A DNA stretch of 64,000 nt, taken from contig JACRKZ010000166.1 of NCBI GenBank assembly GCA_016235455.1, positions 845-64,844 on the forward strand, written 5' to 3'. The DNA comes from Armatimonadota bacterium (GTDB taxonomy: Bacteria; Armatimonadota; UBA10988). Both the position numbers and the translations under genes were made by a program. This document shows positions 1-9,220 of the stretch, one piece after another. The notes under the pieces were generated by a model. The model ran no database searches. It saw only the letters and a list, made by a program, of their open reading frames with translations, and was not told where the DNA came from. Within the stretch, counting starts at the first letter, position 1, and every line of letters starts with the position of its first letter.

Positions 1-1628
1 ACTACGGCCTGGTCGGCGCGGGTGTGGGCACGATCCTGCCCATGCTGCCCATGGCGGCCGGCAAGCCCGTGGCCTACACCGTGTTCCTCAACCAGTGGCT
101 CCAGTTCGATAGGCCGGGCACCTACCGCGTCACCGCGGAGTCGCTGCTGGTGCGGCTGGGTGACACGATCACCAGTCCTCCGGCCTCGGCCCAGAGCCCC
201 ACGGTGATGCTGACCGTGACCGAGCCCGATGAGGCCGGCCGCCAGAAGCGGCTCGCCGCGGCGCAGACAGCCCTGGCCGGCGGGTCAGTCGAAGCCCGTC
301 GCGCGGCCACGCACGACCTGCGCTGCATGAGGGACAACCGCGCCATCGGCATCCTGTTCTCCTACCTCGACGATGCGGACATCATCGCCCGAGCCGACGC
401 CGTGACCGCTCTGTATGAGGTGCGCGACGGCAAGGCGCTTCGCCAGAACCTCGAGGACTACATCGGCGGCGAAGACAAGCTCATCCCGGCAGCGGCGCTC
501 ACCACGCTGGGCGCGCTCGCGGGCCGTGCGGCCGCCGCCGAGGAACCACTGCCCAGCGCGAGGTCGCAACGCTATGTCGCCGCGATCCACGACCTTCATC
601 GCCGGCTCGCCGAGCGCCTGCTGGCGGCGGTACCGACCATGCCGCCCGGTCGCGCGGCGGCCGAGATCGGCTGCTGCCTGGCCAACGAGTACCTGCCGAC
701 CGACCGCCTGGACTACTGGCGCATCGTGTTGCGCGATGCCCCGTTTCTCGCCGCGAACAACACCAGTGAGGTGTACGGCGCGCTCCGCCGCAAGTGCCGC
801 TTGCCCGCGCTGGGCGACGACCTGTCCGCCCTGGCCGAGAACACCCAGGCGCCCGGCGCAATACGTGATGCCGCGCTCGTGGCCCGCGCGCGCATGGAGC
901 TGAGCATGGCGCGCCACCTGGACATGCTGGCCACCGAGGCCATGCTGCCCAAGCCGGGCATCAGCGCCGAGGCCCTGGCGCTGATGGGCAACCACCGCGC
1001 CGACGAGGTGGCGGCGGCGCTGCGCCGGCTGCTCGCCGACCCCGACGCCACGGTCCGCCTCAGCGCCGCCAACCGCGTCTACCGCCTGGGCTCGGCCATC
1101 CAGCCGGCCGAGTTGCTGGCCGCGCTGGACCGCATCGGCGATCCGGCCACCGCCGAGAGCGAGTACCGCTACCTGCTGCTGGCCCTGGCCGAGCGCGACC
1201 CGGCAGCGGCCTGGCCCAAGCTCCGGGCCGTGCTCGACGGTCCACCTCGCCCACGGTCGCTGCTGCCCGGGTCAGCCTGGTCGGCCGCGGTCGCCAGCTC
1301 CCTGCCAGCCGCGCGTGAGTACGTGGCCCAAATCTTTGCCGGCACCGACCTGGCCCGGCTGCTGCCCATGCTGCGCGGCATGGCCGCCGCGGTGGAGCAG
1401 GCCGCCGAGGGCATGGACCCGCAAACGCGCGGTGGCCTTGGCTACTGGGTGCCAGACCTGATCGACGCCTTCTCCGCGGGCCGCACCTCGGAGGTGCGCC
1501 GCCTGGCCCAGGACATGCTGACCACGATCACCGGCGTCAAGCCCACCACGGCGGCGGAGCCGATCGACGCGCTGGCCGCGCGCTACGAGGAATGGCTAGA
1601 AGCGAACAAGCAGCACATAGGGCGGTAG
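1..1628 (+). CDS. HEAT-repeat (PBS-lyase-like) protein, 5'-partial (reading frame open to window edge)
   Basis: ORF 24..1628, in-frame sense codons back to nt 3. Repeated 'AA..L..L.D.D..VR..A..AL' HEAT-like units (e.g. 'DADIIARADAVTALYEV', 'DPDATVRLSAANRVYRLG'). High GC3 coding bias. Confidence 0.55.
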   Translation, partial: YGLVGAGVGTILPMLPMAAGKPVAYTVFLNQWLQFDRPGTYRVTAESLLVRLGDTITSPPASAQSPTVMLTVTEPDEAGRQKRLAAAQTALAGGSVEARRAATHDLRCMRDNRAIGILFSYLDDADIIARADAVTALYEVRDGKALRQNLEDYIGGEDKLIPAAALTTLGALAGRAAAAEEPLPSARSQRYVAAIHDLHRRLAERLLAAVPTMPPGRAAAEIGCCLANEYLPTDRLDYWRIVLRDAPFLAANNTSEVYGALRRKCRLPALGDDLSALAENTQAPGAIRDAALVARARMELSMARHLDMLATEAMLPKPGISAEALALMGNHRADEVAAALRRLLADPDATVRLSAANRVYRLGSAIQPAELLAALDRIGDPATAESEYRYLLLALAERDPAAAWPKLRAVLDGPPRPRSLLPGSAWSAAVASSLPAAREYVAQIFAGTDLARLLPMLRGMAAAVEQAAEGMDPQTRGGLGYWVPDLIDAFSAGRTSEVRRLAQDMLTTITGVKPTTAAEPIDALAARYEEWLEANKQHIGR

Positions 1629-1667
1629 ACAAGGCCACCAGCCGGCCCGAACTCTTCATCCGCCGCG

Positions 1668-1693
1668 AGTGGCACGGCGCAGGTCGTGCCACT
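1668..1693. terminator. GC-rich hairpin between convergent genes (agtggcacg-N8-cgtgccact)
   Basis: 9-bp perfect inverted repeat seen in the 118-bp gap between convergent CDS ends. No U-tract. Confidence 0.3.
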
Positions 1694-1745
1694 CATCGCG
1701 TGTTCCCGCCGGGTGTTCAGGATCCCGCCTTAGGATCGCGTGACG

Positions 1746-4349
1746 CTATGGCGCCGCCAGCCGCTCCAGCGACACGTTGTCCACATAGAAGCGGCCGGGC
1801 CGTTCGCCCGAGCCGACGAAGTAGACGCTGTCGCAGCGGAAGAACCAGTCGGTGGCGTACTTGACCGACCGCGTGGTGCGCGGCGGAGCCCCCGGCGAGG
1901 TGACCGTCACGCTGTAGCCCGGCTGGTCCCCGCCGAGAGCGAACTCGACCTCAAGGCGATGCCATACGCCACGCGCCAGCAAGCCGAGATCCTGGTCCGT
2001 GGCCACCAGGCGTCCGGCGGCGTCGATGCGCAGCGCGGGGCCGGGGCCTTTGCCCTCGTAGCGCAGCTCCATCTGGTTTTCGCAGCCGGCCTCGAACCGC
2101 AGGTCGTAGCGCAGCCGCGCGGTGCCGCGCCGGAACGGCGTCACCGAGCGGTGCAGGAACGGCCAGAAGCGCGAGCCGGCGGCCTCGGTGAACGCCACGA
2201 CCCGGCGGCCCTCGAGCTCGGCGACGGCCACCGTGGCGGCGTCGCGATTCTCCGGCGCCCACGGCCGAGCCGGCGGCTGGCCCGCGGCGACCTGCTCAAA
2301 GTCGTCGCTGAAAACCACACCCACGCGGTCGTCCGCTGGATGGCAGGTCGCCCCGGCCCGCGGCGTGTCGGCTGGCAGGAAGGAGGGCAGACGCGGCGTG
2401 TCCAGGTCGAGCAGCGCCGCGGCGTGGGTCTGCACGGTGTTGAACACCAGACGCAGGTTGCCATTGGCATAGCTGCTGGCCACCAGCGTGCCCGCGGGCA
2501 GCGCGCGTACGCGGGCCGGCGCCGCCGGCAGCGGCATCGTCACCACCACGCCGTTGCGCGGCGGATTGGCGTCGGTGAACTCGGCGGTGTCGACATCCGC
2601 CACCACGCCGTTGACCCGAGCGCTCAGGTCACACAGGTGCAGCACCATCTGGCCACCGCGCCGGCGCGCGGTGCACAGCCAGGCCGCGTCGCCGGCGTTG
2701 TCGATGCGGTACGACGGGCCCACGCCCAGCGCGCGCAACAACTCGGCACTCAGGCCGTCGTCTGGATAGGCCCGCGGCGTGCCGGCGGCCACCGCCACGC
2801 GCCCGCGGCCCAGCGGCTGGGCGGTCAGCGCCGGCCGGCCATCGGTCAGCGACAGCAGCACGCGCGCTGTCGTGGGCTCGAGCTTCCACGGACTGGCCAG
2901 CGAGAAGGGCTCGGTACCGACGTTGAGCCGCCCGGCGTCGCCCGCGGCGGGCTCGCTACGCTTGACGCCGAGCAGGGCCTCGGCGGCGGCCGGCTCGCGC
3001 AGGGCGCCGCCGGTGAGCAGCAGCGTGCCGCCGGCCTGGGCAAAACCGCTCAACGCAGTCAGTGTCTCGGGCGCCACCTGGCGCTGGTCGGGCACGATGA
3101 CCACGGCATAGCGCCCCAGCGCGCCGCGCAGCGTCACCTCGTTGACCACTTCGGCCAGGTAGTGGGCCTCGGACAGCGACCGCGCGATGTCCGGTGCCAA
3201 GCCATCCGAACGCGACCCGCCGGCGGCGCTCCACGAGGTCTCGCTCTCCAGCACCGCCACCTGCGCCAGCGAGCTCGTCGGGCCCAATACCGCCTGGCGG
3301 TCGCGCGCGAAGTTGGCCAGTTGCCGCGCCGTGTCGACGCCGTAGGGCGGCAGCGCGCCGCCGCCAAACGGCCACAGGAACCAGATGCCGCCATGGGCCA
3401 TGGTCACGGCGCCCTCCTGCAGGCTGCGCTGGAGGGAGTAGTTGCGCGTCAGCGACCGTGCCGCGGGCGTGGCGTGACTCATGATGTCGAATGGCTTGCT
3501 GCCCGCGCCCCAGCGCTGCGCGGCGCGCAAGGCCTGCCCGAAGCCACCCACATCGCCGCTCAGCGTGTCGGCGAAGTCGGGCACCGGCTCGGGGTCCCAG
3601 GCCCACGACCAGTTGCTCGTGTACAGCGTGCGCGGGCTGGCCTCGTGGATGGTCTTGGCCACCAGTCGGCGGTAGTCGCGGTAACGCGTACGGTGCCAGG
3701 CCACCCACTTGGCCCAATCGGGCGACGCTGCCTCGCGCGGCGCGGGCCGGCCGACCTCGGCCTGCCACTCAGCCAGGCAGTTGGCGCACCAGCACGGCCG
3801 CGGCAGGATGTAGTCGCCGTCGAACCACAGGCCGTCAGGATCGTACTTGGCGATGATCTCGCGGATCTGCGGCAGGAACTGCTCGTACAGATAGCCCCGA
3901 CCGGCGCGGTTGGGCCGTTGGCAGACGATGGGCTCGCCGTTGATCGAGACCTTGTCGTCGGCCTCGCGCGCGGCCCATTCAGGATGCGCGGCGAGTTGGT
4001 CGGGCCGGCGGTCCACCGACATGTAGACGCACAGCTTCTTGCCTTGGGCCCGCGTGATCTCGCGGAACACCGCCAGCGTGTCATAGCCTCCGGCGTCGGG
4101 GTTGTTCAGCCCGACGCGGGTAGGATACGTGGCCCAGCGGTTGCTCTGGCCCGAGACCTGCACCATGCTCACCGGAATGCTGGCCAGCGCAGCGGCCAGG
4201 TCGTCGCGCGGCACGCCTCGAGCCAGCAACTCGCTGTGGTTGTCGAAATGCAGGTTCACCACCGAGTCGCGGTACCAGGCATCGCGCTCCGCGCTCCGCA
4301 CCGAACCCATCGCCACCAGGGCGCCCGCCAGCATCATCAGTCGTCGCAT
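1746..4349 (-). CDS. secreted glycoside-hydrolase-like protein (TIM-barrel GH-like core, C-terminal LamG/concanavalin-like domain)
   Basis: ORF 1746..4487. Start moved to the M of 'MRRLMMLAGALVAMGSV' (signal peptide). 'DGLWFDGDY' GH-like motif region. C-terminus 'RFYVDNVSLERL' is lectin-like. Confidence 0.5.
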   Translation of the reverse strand: MRRLMMLAGALVAMGSVRSAERDAWYRDSVVNLHFDNHSELLARGVPRDDLAAALASIPVSMVQVSGQSNRWATYPTRVGLNNPDAGGYDTLAVFREITRAQGKKLCVYMSVDRRPDQLAAHPEWAAREADDKVSINGEPIVCQRPNRAGRGYLYEQFLPQIREIIAKYDPDGLWFDGDYILPRPCWCANCLAEWQAEVGRPAPREAASPDWAKWVAWHRTRYRDYRRLVAKTIHEASPRTLYTSNWSWAWDPEPVPDFADTLSGDVGGFGQALRAAQRWGAGSKPFDIMSHATPAARSLTRNYSLQRSLQEGAVTMAHGGIWFLWPFGGGALPPYGVDTARQLANFARDRQAVLGPTSSLAQVAVLESETSWSAAGGSRSDGLAPDIARSLSEAHYLAEVVNEVTLRGALGRYAVVIVPDQRQVAPETLTALSGFAQAGGTLLLTGGALREPAAAEALLGVKRSEPAAGDAGRLNVGTEPFSLASPWKLEPTTARVLLSLTDGRPALTAQPLGRGRVAVAAGTPRAYPDDGLSAELLRALGVGPSYRIDNAGDAAWLCTARRRGGQMVLHLCDLSARVNGVVADVDTAEFTDANPPRNGVVVTMPLPAAPARVRALPAGTLVASSYANGNLRLVFNTVQTHAAALLDLDTPRLPSFLPADTPRAGATCHPADDRVGVVFSDDFEQVAAGQPPARPWAPENRDAATVAVAELEGRRVVAFTEAAGSRFWPFLHRSVTPFRRGTARLRYDLRFEAGCENQMELRYEGKGPGPALRIDAAGRLVATDQDLGLLARGVWHRLEVEFALGGDQPGYSVTVTSPGAPPRTTRSVKYATDWFFRCDSVYFVGSGERPGRFYVDNVSLERLAAP

Positions 4350-4515
4350 GACGACCTTATACCAGATCGAGCGTGGCAGCGTGAGCCTTTGGTGGCATCG
4401 GCCGCCGGGCCGGTGGCCGCACCTGACCGCCACGCAAACGACCGGCCGGGACGCCGCGGCCATCATCGTCGGCGCGGCCGTTGACATTGGCCCGCCGGAT
4501 CGCTACCGTCTGCTC

Positions 4516-7500
4516 ATGAAGCATAGCTTAGCGATCAGGTCGCTGTGCCTGGGGCTGATGCTGGCCTTGGCCAGCAGTGCGGCCCCCAATCTGGCGCCGC
4601 TGGCCACCATCACCGCCGATACCGAGTGGAGCCGCGATTGGGGCCCTGAGTTCGTGGCCGACGGCCGCGTCGTCCCGCCGGGCGGGCACGACAAGGGGCT
4701 CGGCTGGGCGGTGCGCGGTGAGACCCATCGCCAGCACGCCACGCTGACGCTGGCCTGGCCGCAACCGGTGAGGATCGCTGAGCTGGTGGCCTACCAGCGC
4801 GCCTGCTACGGCCTGGGTGACTGCCTGCGGACCTTCGAGCTGCGGCTGGACGACCAACCCGTGATGACTGGCGAGTTGCGGCAGCTCTACGGCGCCCAGC
4901 CCATTCGACTGCCCCAGCCGCGCACCGCGCGGCGGCTGACGCTGCAATTCACCTCATCGTTTGGCGGTGACAATCCCGGTCTGGCCGAGCTGCAGGTGTT
5001 CGCCGACCATCCGCGCGCGAGTGACTTGGTGCCCGGCGTGCCACTGCCGCCCGAATGGCTCAAGGATCTGATGGCCGCGGGCGACACCGAGGCCGTGGCG
5101 CGCTTGCTGTGGCAGCAGGCCGAGACGGGCAACCTGGACGACGCCGGTGCCACGCTGGCCGCGCAGTGGCTGGGCGACCCCGACCCGTGGGTCCGCGCGC
5201 CGGCCGAATGGGCGCTGGCCCTGCGCGTCGGCTACGACAACAACAACGGTGCGGTGGTCTGGCCCGGCGCCGGCGACGCGCCCGCGTGGTACCGCCGTTG
5301 GCAGGCTGTGCCACGATCGAGCTATATCGAGTTGGACTGGGTGCGCCACGCACTAGTCAACGGCCTGGCCGACGATCCGGCGGCGCTGCGTGCCGACTTG
5401 GCCGCGCTTGTCGCCCGCGGCGAACGCACCGCGGCGCTCGCTCAGGACACGCGGCACGCCGAGGTGGCCGAGCACCTGACCGTGCTGCGCGCGGCCTCGA
5501 CGGAGGCTGGCGGCAACCTGTCGGCGGTGCGCGCGCACTGGCTGCTGGCGCGACGGGCGGTGCGCGGCATCGCTTTGGCGCGGCGGGAGCTGGCTTTTGA
5601 CCAGTTGGCCTTCACCACGCGGTTCGCGCCGCATCACAAGTCGAATGTCTGCGGCGTCCACTACAGCTTCGCCTACAAGCCTGGCGGCGACCTCTGCGTG
5701 CTCGACGACCTGCGCGGCGACCAGCCGGCGCGCGGCCTGCTGGCCGACCGGCTCGGACCCGGCCATGTGCATGGCGCCGACCTGTCGTTCGCCGGCGACA
5801 AGCTGGTCTTCGCCTGGGCCAGCCAGCCGGTCTGGCCACCGCGCGACGCGCAGGGCCGGCTGATCGACGTCTGTCACCAGCAGGAGAACCACGCCTTCGA
5901 GTTGATGAAGCTGACCCAGCCGGTGCACCTGTGGGAGATGGGCGCCGACGGCGGCGAGCCGCGGCAGTTGACCCACGACGACTACTGGAGCGATGTCGAG
6001 CCCACTTGGTTGCCCAATGGTGGGGTGGTGTTCTCGTCCGACCGGTCGGCCCACGCGCCATCGTGCGATGGCTGGGAGAACGACATCACCGACCTCAACC
6101 TGTACCGGCTGTCGCCCGACCGCCAGCGCATCCGTCGGTTGGCCAACCACAAAGACATCGACATGCACCCGCACGTGCTGGACAACGGCATGGTCGGCTA
6201 CCTGCGCTGGGAGTACCAGGAGCGAGACTTCTGGGACACGCACTCGTTCTGGGTCATGCGACCCGATGGCACGGGCGTCGATGCGCGGTTCAAGCAGCAC
6301 GTCACGCCGCCGTACAGCGTGCGCGAGGTGCGCTCGATTCCCGGCTCGAGCAAGCTGGCCGGCATCGCCGCGGGCCATCATACGTACCCGGTCGGGCCCC
6401 TGGTGACGCTGAACCCCGGCGCCGGGCTCAACAGTGATGCCGGCATCGGCATTGTGGCCATGGGCTCCGGCCCCCAGGAAGGGCCAATGGGCGGCGCGAT
6501 GGTGCCCGGCGGCGGCGTGCGCGACGCGCGCGGGCTCTATCTGACGCCGTACCCGCTGTCGGAAGACTGCTTCCTGACGTCCTTCGCCTTCCCGCACCGC
6601 TTCCGCCGGCCGACGCCCAACGGCCAGCCCGATGTGCTCAGCAACGACGCCTCGGTGTACCTTGTCGACACGCTGGGGAACAAGGAACTGCTGTACCGCG
6701 ATCCGCTGCTGTGCGTCGTGCAGCCCATGCCGTTCCGGCCGCGGCCGGCGCCGCCGGTGCTGCCCGATGCCACCGACTACACCAGGAACTACGCCACCTG
6801 CCTGATCAACGATGTGCGCGAAGGCGTGCCCGAGCTGGCGGCTGGCCAGGTGCGCTACCTGCGCATCATGGAGGCGTTGCCGTGGCCGGTGACGCGCGAC
6901 GAGGGTTCGCGCTACCTGGGCGGGGCCAGCTTCGACTGGCAGATCCGCCAGGAGCAGGTATGGAACCCTGTGCGGGTCATCGGCACGGTGCCGGTCGACC
7001 CCGACGGCTCCGCGCACTTCAAGGTGCCCGTGGCCAGCAATGCGTCGGTCTACTTCCAGATCCTCGATGAGAACCACATGGAACTGCGGCGCATGCGCAG
7101 TTCGGTATCGTTCCAGCCGGGCGAAGTGCGCGGTTGCCACGGCTGCCATGAGACCCGCGCCAACGCCGGCTACAGCCGACCCGGCACCGCCGCGCAGCGT
7201 CAGCCTGATCTGCCCGACCCGCCGTCGTGGGGCATGCGCCCGCTGGGCTACGAGTGGCTGGTGCAGCCGGTGCTCGATCGCCGCTGCGTGAGCTGCCACG
7301 GCGGCAGCAAGCCGGCCGGCGGGCTCGATCTGACGCCGCGGCCGGTCAAGTATGGGCTGGACACGATGGTCGGCTCGTACCAGGCCATCCGCGACAAAGG
7401 GCTGGTGGCTTGCAGCAATCAGCGGCTCAACGGCGCGGTGACCGGCGTGAAGCAGTTCGGGTCGCACGCCAGCCGCCTGGTCACGCACCTGCGCAGCGAT

Positions 7501-7683
7501 GCCGGGCACGCCGCGCTGGGCCTGACGGCGGACGAGTGGCTGGCGCTGGTGACCTGGGTGGACGCCAATTGCCCGTACAACGACCTGCTCTACAACAAGC
7601 GCCCGGCCGGCGGCGGCGCGCCGCGGCGCGAGCCGTTCCCATGGCACGACCCGTGGGCCGCCCCGAGCGAGTTGAGCAACTGA
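4516..7683 (+). CDS. secreted multidomain protein: F5/8-type-C (discoidin) domain, HEAT-like linker, TolB/PD40 beta-propeller, and a di-haem c-type cytochrome region (CHGCH, CVSCH) with PSCyt1-like C-terminal tail; paralog 1
   Basis: ORF 4102..7683; start at ATG 4516 ('MKHSLAIRSLCLGLMLALASSAAP' signal peptide). Discoidin-like 'LTLQFTSSFGGDNPGLAELQVF'. Propeller 'LYRLSPDRQ...YLRWEY'. CxxCH at 'GCHGCHETR' and 'CVSCHGGSKPAGGLDL'. Tail 'LALVTWVDANCPY'. Confidence 0.7.
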   Translation: MKHSLAIRSLCLGLMLALASSAAPNLAPLATITADTEWSRDWGPEFVADGRVVPPGGHDKGLGWAVRGETHRQHATLTLAWPQPVRIAELVAYQRACYGLGDCLRTFELRLDDQPVMTGELRQLYGAQPIRLPQPRTARRLTLQFTSSFGGDNPGLAELQVFADHPRASDLVPGVPLPPEWLKDLMAAGDTEAVARLLWQQAETGNLDDAGATLAAQWLGDPDPWVRAPAEWALALRVGYDNNNGAVVWPGAGDAPAWYRRWQAVPRSSYIELDWVRHALVNGLADDPAALRADLAALVARGERTAALAQDTRHAEVAEHLTVLRAASTEAGGNLSAVRAHWLLARRAVRGIALARRELAFDQLAFTTRFAPHHKSNVCGVHYSFAYKPGGDLCVLDDLRGDQPARGLLADRLGPGHVHGADLSFAGDKLVFAWASQPVWPPRDAQGRLIDVCHQQENHAFELMKLTQPVHLWEMGADGGEPRQLTHDDYWSDVEPTWLPNGGVVFSSDRSAHAPSCDGWENDITDLNLYRLSPDRQRIRRLANHKDIDMHPHVLDNGMVGYLRWEYQERDFWDTHSFWVMRPDGTGVDARFKQHVTPPYSVREVRSIPGSSKLAGIAAGHHTYPVGPLVTLNPGAGLNSDAGIGIVAMGSGPQEGPMGGAMVPGGGVRDARGLYLTPYPLSEDCFLTSFAFPHRFRRPTPNGQPDVLSNDASVYLVDTLGNKELLYRDPLLCVVQPMPFRPRPAPPVLPDATDYTRNYATCLINDVREGVPELAAGQVRYLRIMEALPWPVTRDEGSRYLGGASFDWQIRQEQVWNPVRVIGTVPVDPDGSAHFKVPVASNASVYFQILDENHMELRRMRSSVSFQPGEVRGCHGCHETRANAGYSRPGTAAQRQPDLPDPPSWGMRPLGYEWLVQPVLDRRCVSCHGGSKPAGGLDLTPRPVKYGLDTMVGSYQAIRDKGLVACSNQRLNGAVTGVKQFGSHASRLVTHLRSDAGHAALGLTADEWLALVTWVDANCPYNDLLYNKRPAGGGAPRREPFPWHDPWAAPSELSN

Positions 7684-7694
7684 CCTGCCCAAAT

Positions 7695-7728
7695 GATCAA
7701 GGCCGGCCGAAGGTTCGGCCGGCCTTGA
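7695..7728. terminator. perfect GC-rich hairpin (atcaaggccggccgaa gg ttcggccggccttgat) between convergent genes
   Basis: 16-bp perfect inverted repeat directly after stop of 4516..7683 and before stop of the minus-strand gene ending 7750. Weak or no U-tract. Confidence 0.4.
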
Positions 7729-7749
7729 TGCTGACTAGGGTGCCTTGGC

Positions 7750-9075
7750 TCAGGCCGTCGGCAGCTTGTAGCGACCGGGGATCGCGACATCGGGGTTGGG
7801 GATGTCGGGGTCCTTGGCCACGTCGAGCAGCTCGGCCGGCGGCAGCAGGCTGAAGTCGCTCTTGAGCAGAGCGTCCCAGGCCACGCGCTTGCCCGAATAC
7901 GCCGCCTCGCGGGCCATGACGGCCATGAAGGTGGACTCGGCGATGCGCTTGGCTTCGTTGATCGGTTTGCCCTCACGGATCGACTTGATCAGCGAGATGT
8001 GCTCCTGGACGTAGCCGTCACCGTGCTCGAGCTTGACGTCCGCGCGCTCAACCTTCTTGCCGTCGAGCAACGTGACGCCGTCGGTGCAGTTCGAGCGGCC
8101 CTTGGTGCCGATGATCTGCTCGCCGCCGTAGCCGTCGATGTTGCCGTGGCCGGACCAGCTCATGCACTTGGCGCCGTTGGGGAAGGTGAACTCCGCCGAG
8201 ATGCCGCTGTACATGTGGCTGTAGGTCGGGCGACCGCCGCCATTGTTGCCGTCAACGCGATAGCCAATGGCGTAGCAGGAGGTCGGATGCACGTCCTTGA
8301 AGGCCCACATGAGCACGTCGAGGTTGTGCACGTGCTGCTCGACGATCTGGTCGCCGCACAGCCAGTTGAAGTGGTACCAGTTGTCCAACTGCCACGACAG
8401 CGCCAGGCTATCGGGGCTCTTGCGCTTGCCCAAGCGCTCCCAGATGCCGCCGCCGCGCCATCCGACGTAACCGGTCTGGATGTCGCCGAGGGCGCCATCA
8501 TGGATCAGCTTCATCGTGCCCTGGTAGTTGGCCTGATAGCGGCGCTGCGTGCCGGTGACGAACGAGAGCTTCTTCTCGTCGGCCATCTTGGCGGCTTCGA
8601 GCATGAGGTTCACGCCGTGCGCGTCGACCGCGACCGGCTTCTCGGCGAAGACATGCTTGCCCTTCTCGATGGCGTAGGCGCAGATGTAGGGGCGCACGCC
8701 TGGAGGAGTGGCGGTAACCAGCACATCGATGCCGCTGTCGATGACCTGCTTGTAGGCGTCCCAGCCGCCGAACATGCGGTCGCCGATCTTGGCCTTGTCG
8801 CCCCAGTTCTTGGTGATGTTGTCGCCAAAGCCCTTGGCCTTGTCCAAGAACACGTCGCCGACCGCCCAGGCCACCATGCCCGGCTGGCCCGAGGCGCGTA
8901 CATGCTGGTCCAACGCGCCGGTGCCGCGACCACCACAACCCACCAGACCGACCTTGAGCGTGTCGGTGCCCTGGGCGAAGGCCCGCGTGCCGATCCCTGC
9001 CGCCAGGGCCGCTACGGTTGCGCCCTTGACGAAATCGCGGCGCCCGAACTCCGCGCCGGTTGCCTTGCTATCCAT
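7750..9075 (-). CDS. Gfo/Idh/MocA-family NAD(P)-dependent oxidoreductase with twin-arginine (TAT) signal, so periplasmic
   Basis: 'RRDFVKGATVAALAAG' TAT motif. 'KVGLVGCGGRG' Rossmann motif. 'EKPVAV' family motif. Confidence 0.85.
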   Translation of the reverse strand: MDSKATGAEFGRRDFVKGATVAALAAGIGTRAFAQGTDTLKVGLVGCGGRGTGALDQHVRASGQPGMVAWAVGDVFLDKAKGFGDNITKNWGDKAKIGDRMFGGWDAYKQVIDSGIDVLVTATPPGVRPYICAYAIEKGKHVFAEKPVAVDAHGVNLMLEAAKMADEKKLSFVTGTQRRYQANYQGTMKLIHDGALGDIQTGYVGWRGGGIWERLGKRKSPDSLALSWQLDNWYHFNWLCGDQIVEQHVHNLDVLMWAFKDVHPTSCYAIGYRVDGNNGGGRPTYSHMYSGISAEFTFPNGAKCMSWSGHGNIDGYGGEQIIGTKGRSNCTDGVTLLDGKKVERADVKLEHGDGYVQEHISLIKSIREGKPINEAKRIAESTFMAVMAREAAYSGKRVAWDALLKSDFSLLPPAELLDVAKDPDIPNPDVAIPGRYKLPTA

Positions 9076-9220
9076 TCCTACTCCTTAGTGGCCCCGCGGA
9101 CGGCGCCGCCTGCGTCGCCCTGTAGCCTGGTCGCCCAAGAACGACCGATTCAATGACTTCGGTGCCATGGTAGCGGTTCCTCTCACAGACCGCAACCCGC
9201 GAACCTTACAGAAGTCGGTG

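Noticed and set aside
5353-7692. 779-aa minus-strand ORF fully inside the 4516..7683 plus-strand gene. Similar giant antisense ORFs occur at 35692..38802 (-), 31597..33681 (+), 48401..51019 (+), 23838..25289 (-), 1740..4484 (+) and 62506..63966 (-).
   Set aside because: Arg/Ala/Gly/Pro-rich low-complexity translations with no domain signatures. This is the typical stop-codon-poor antisense shadow of high-GC coding DNA. The opposite strand in each case encodes a protein with clear homology.
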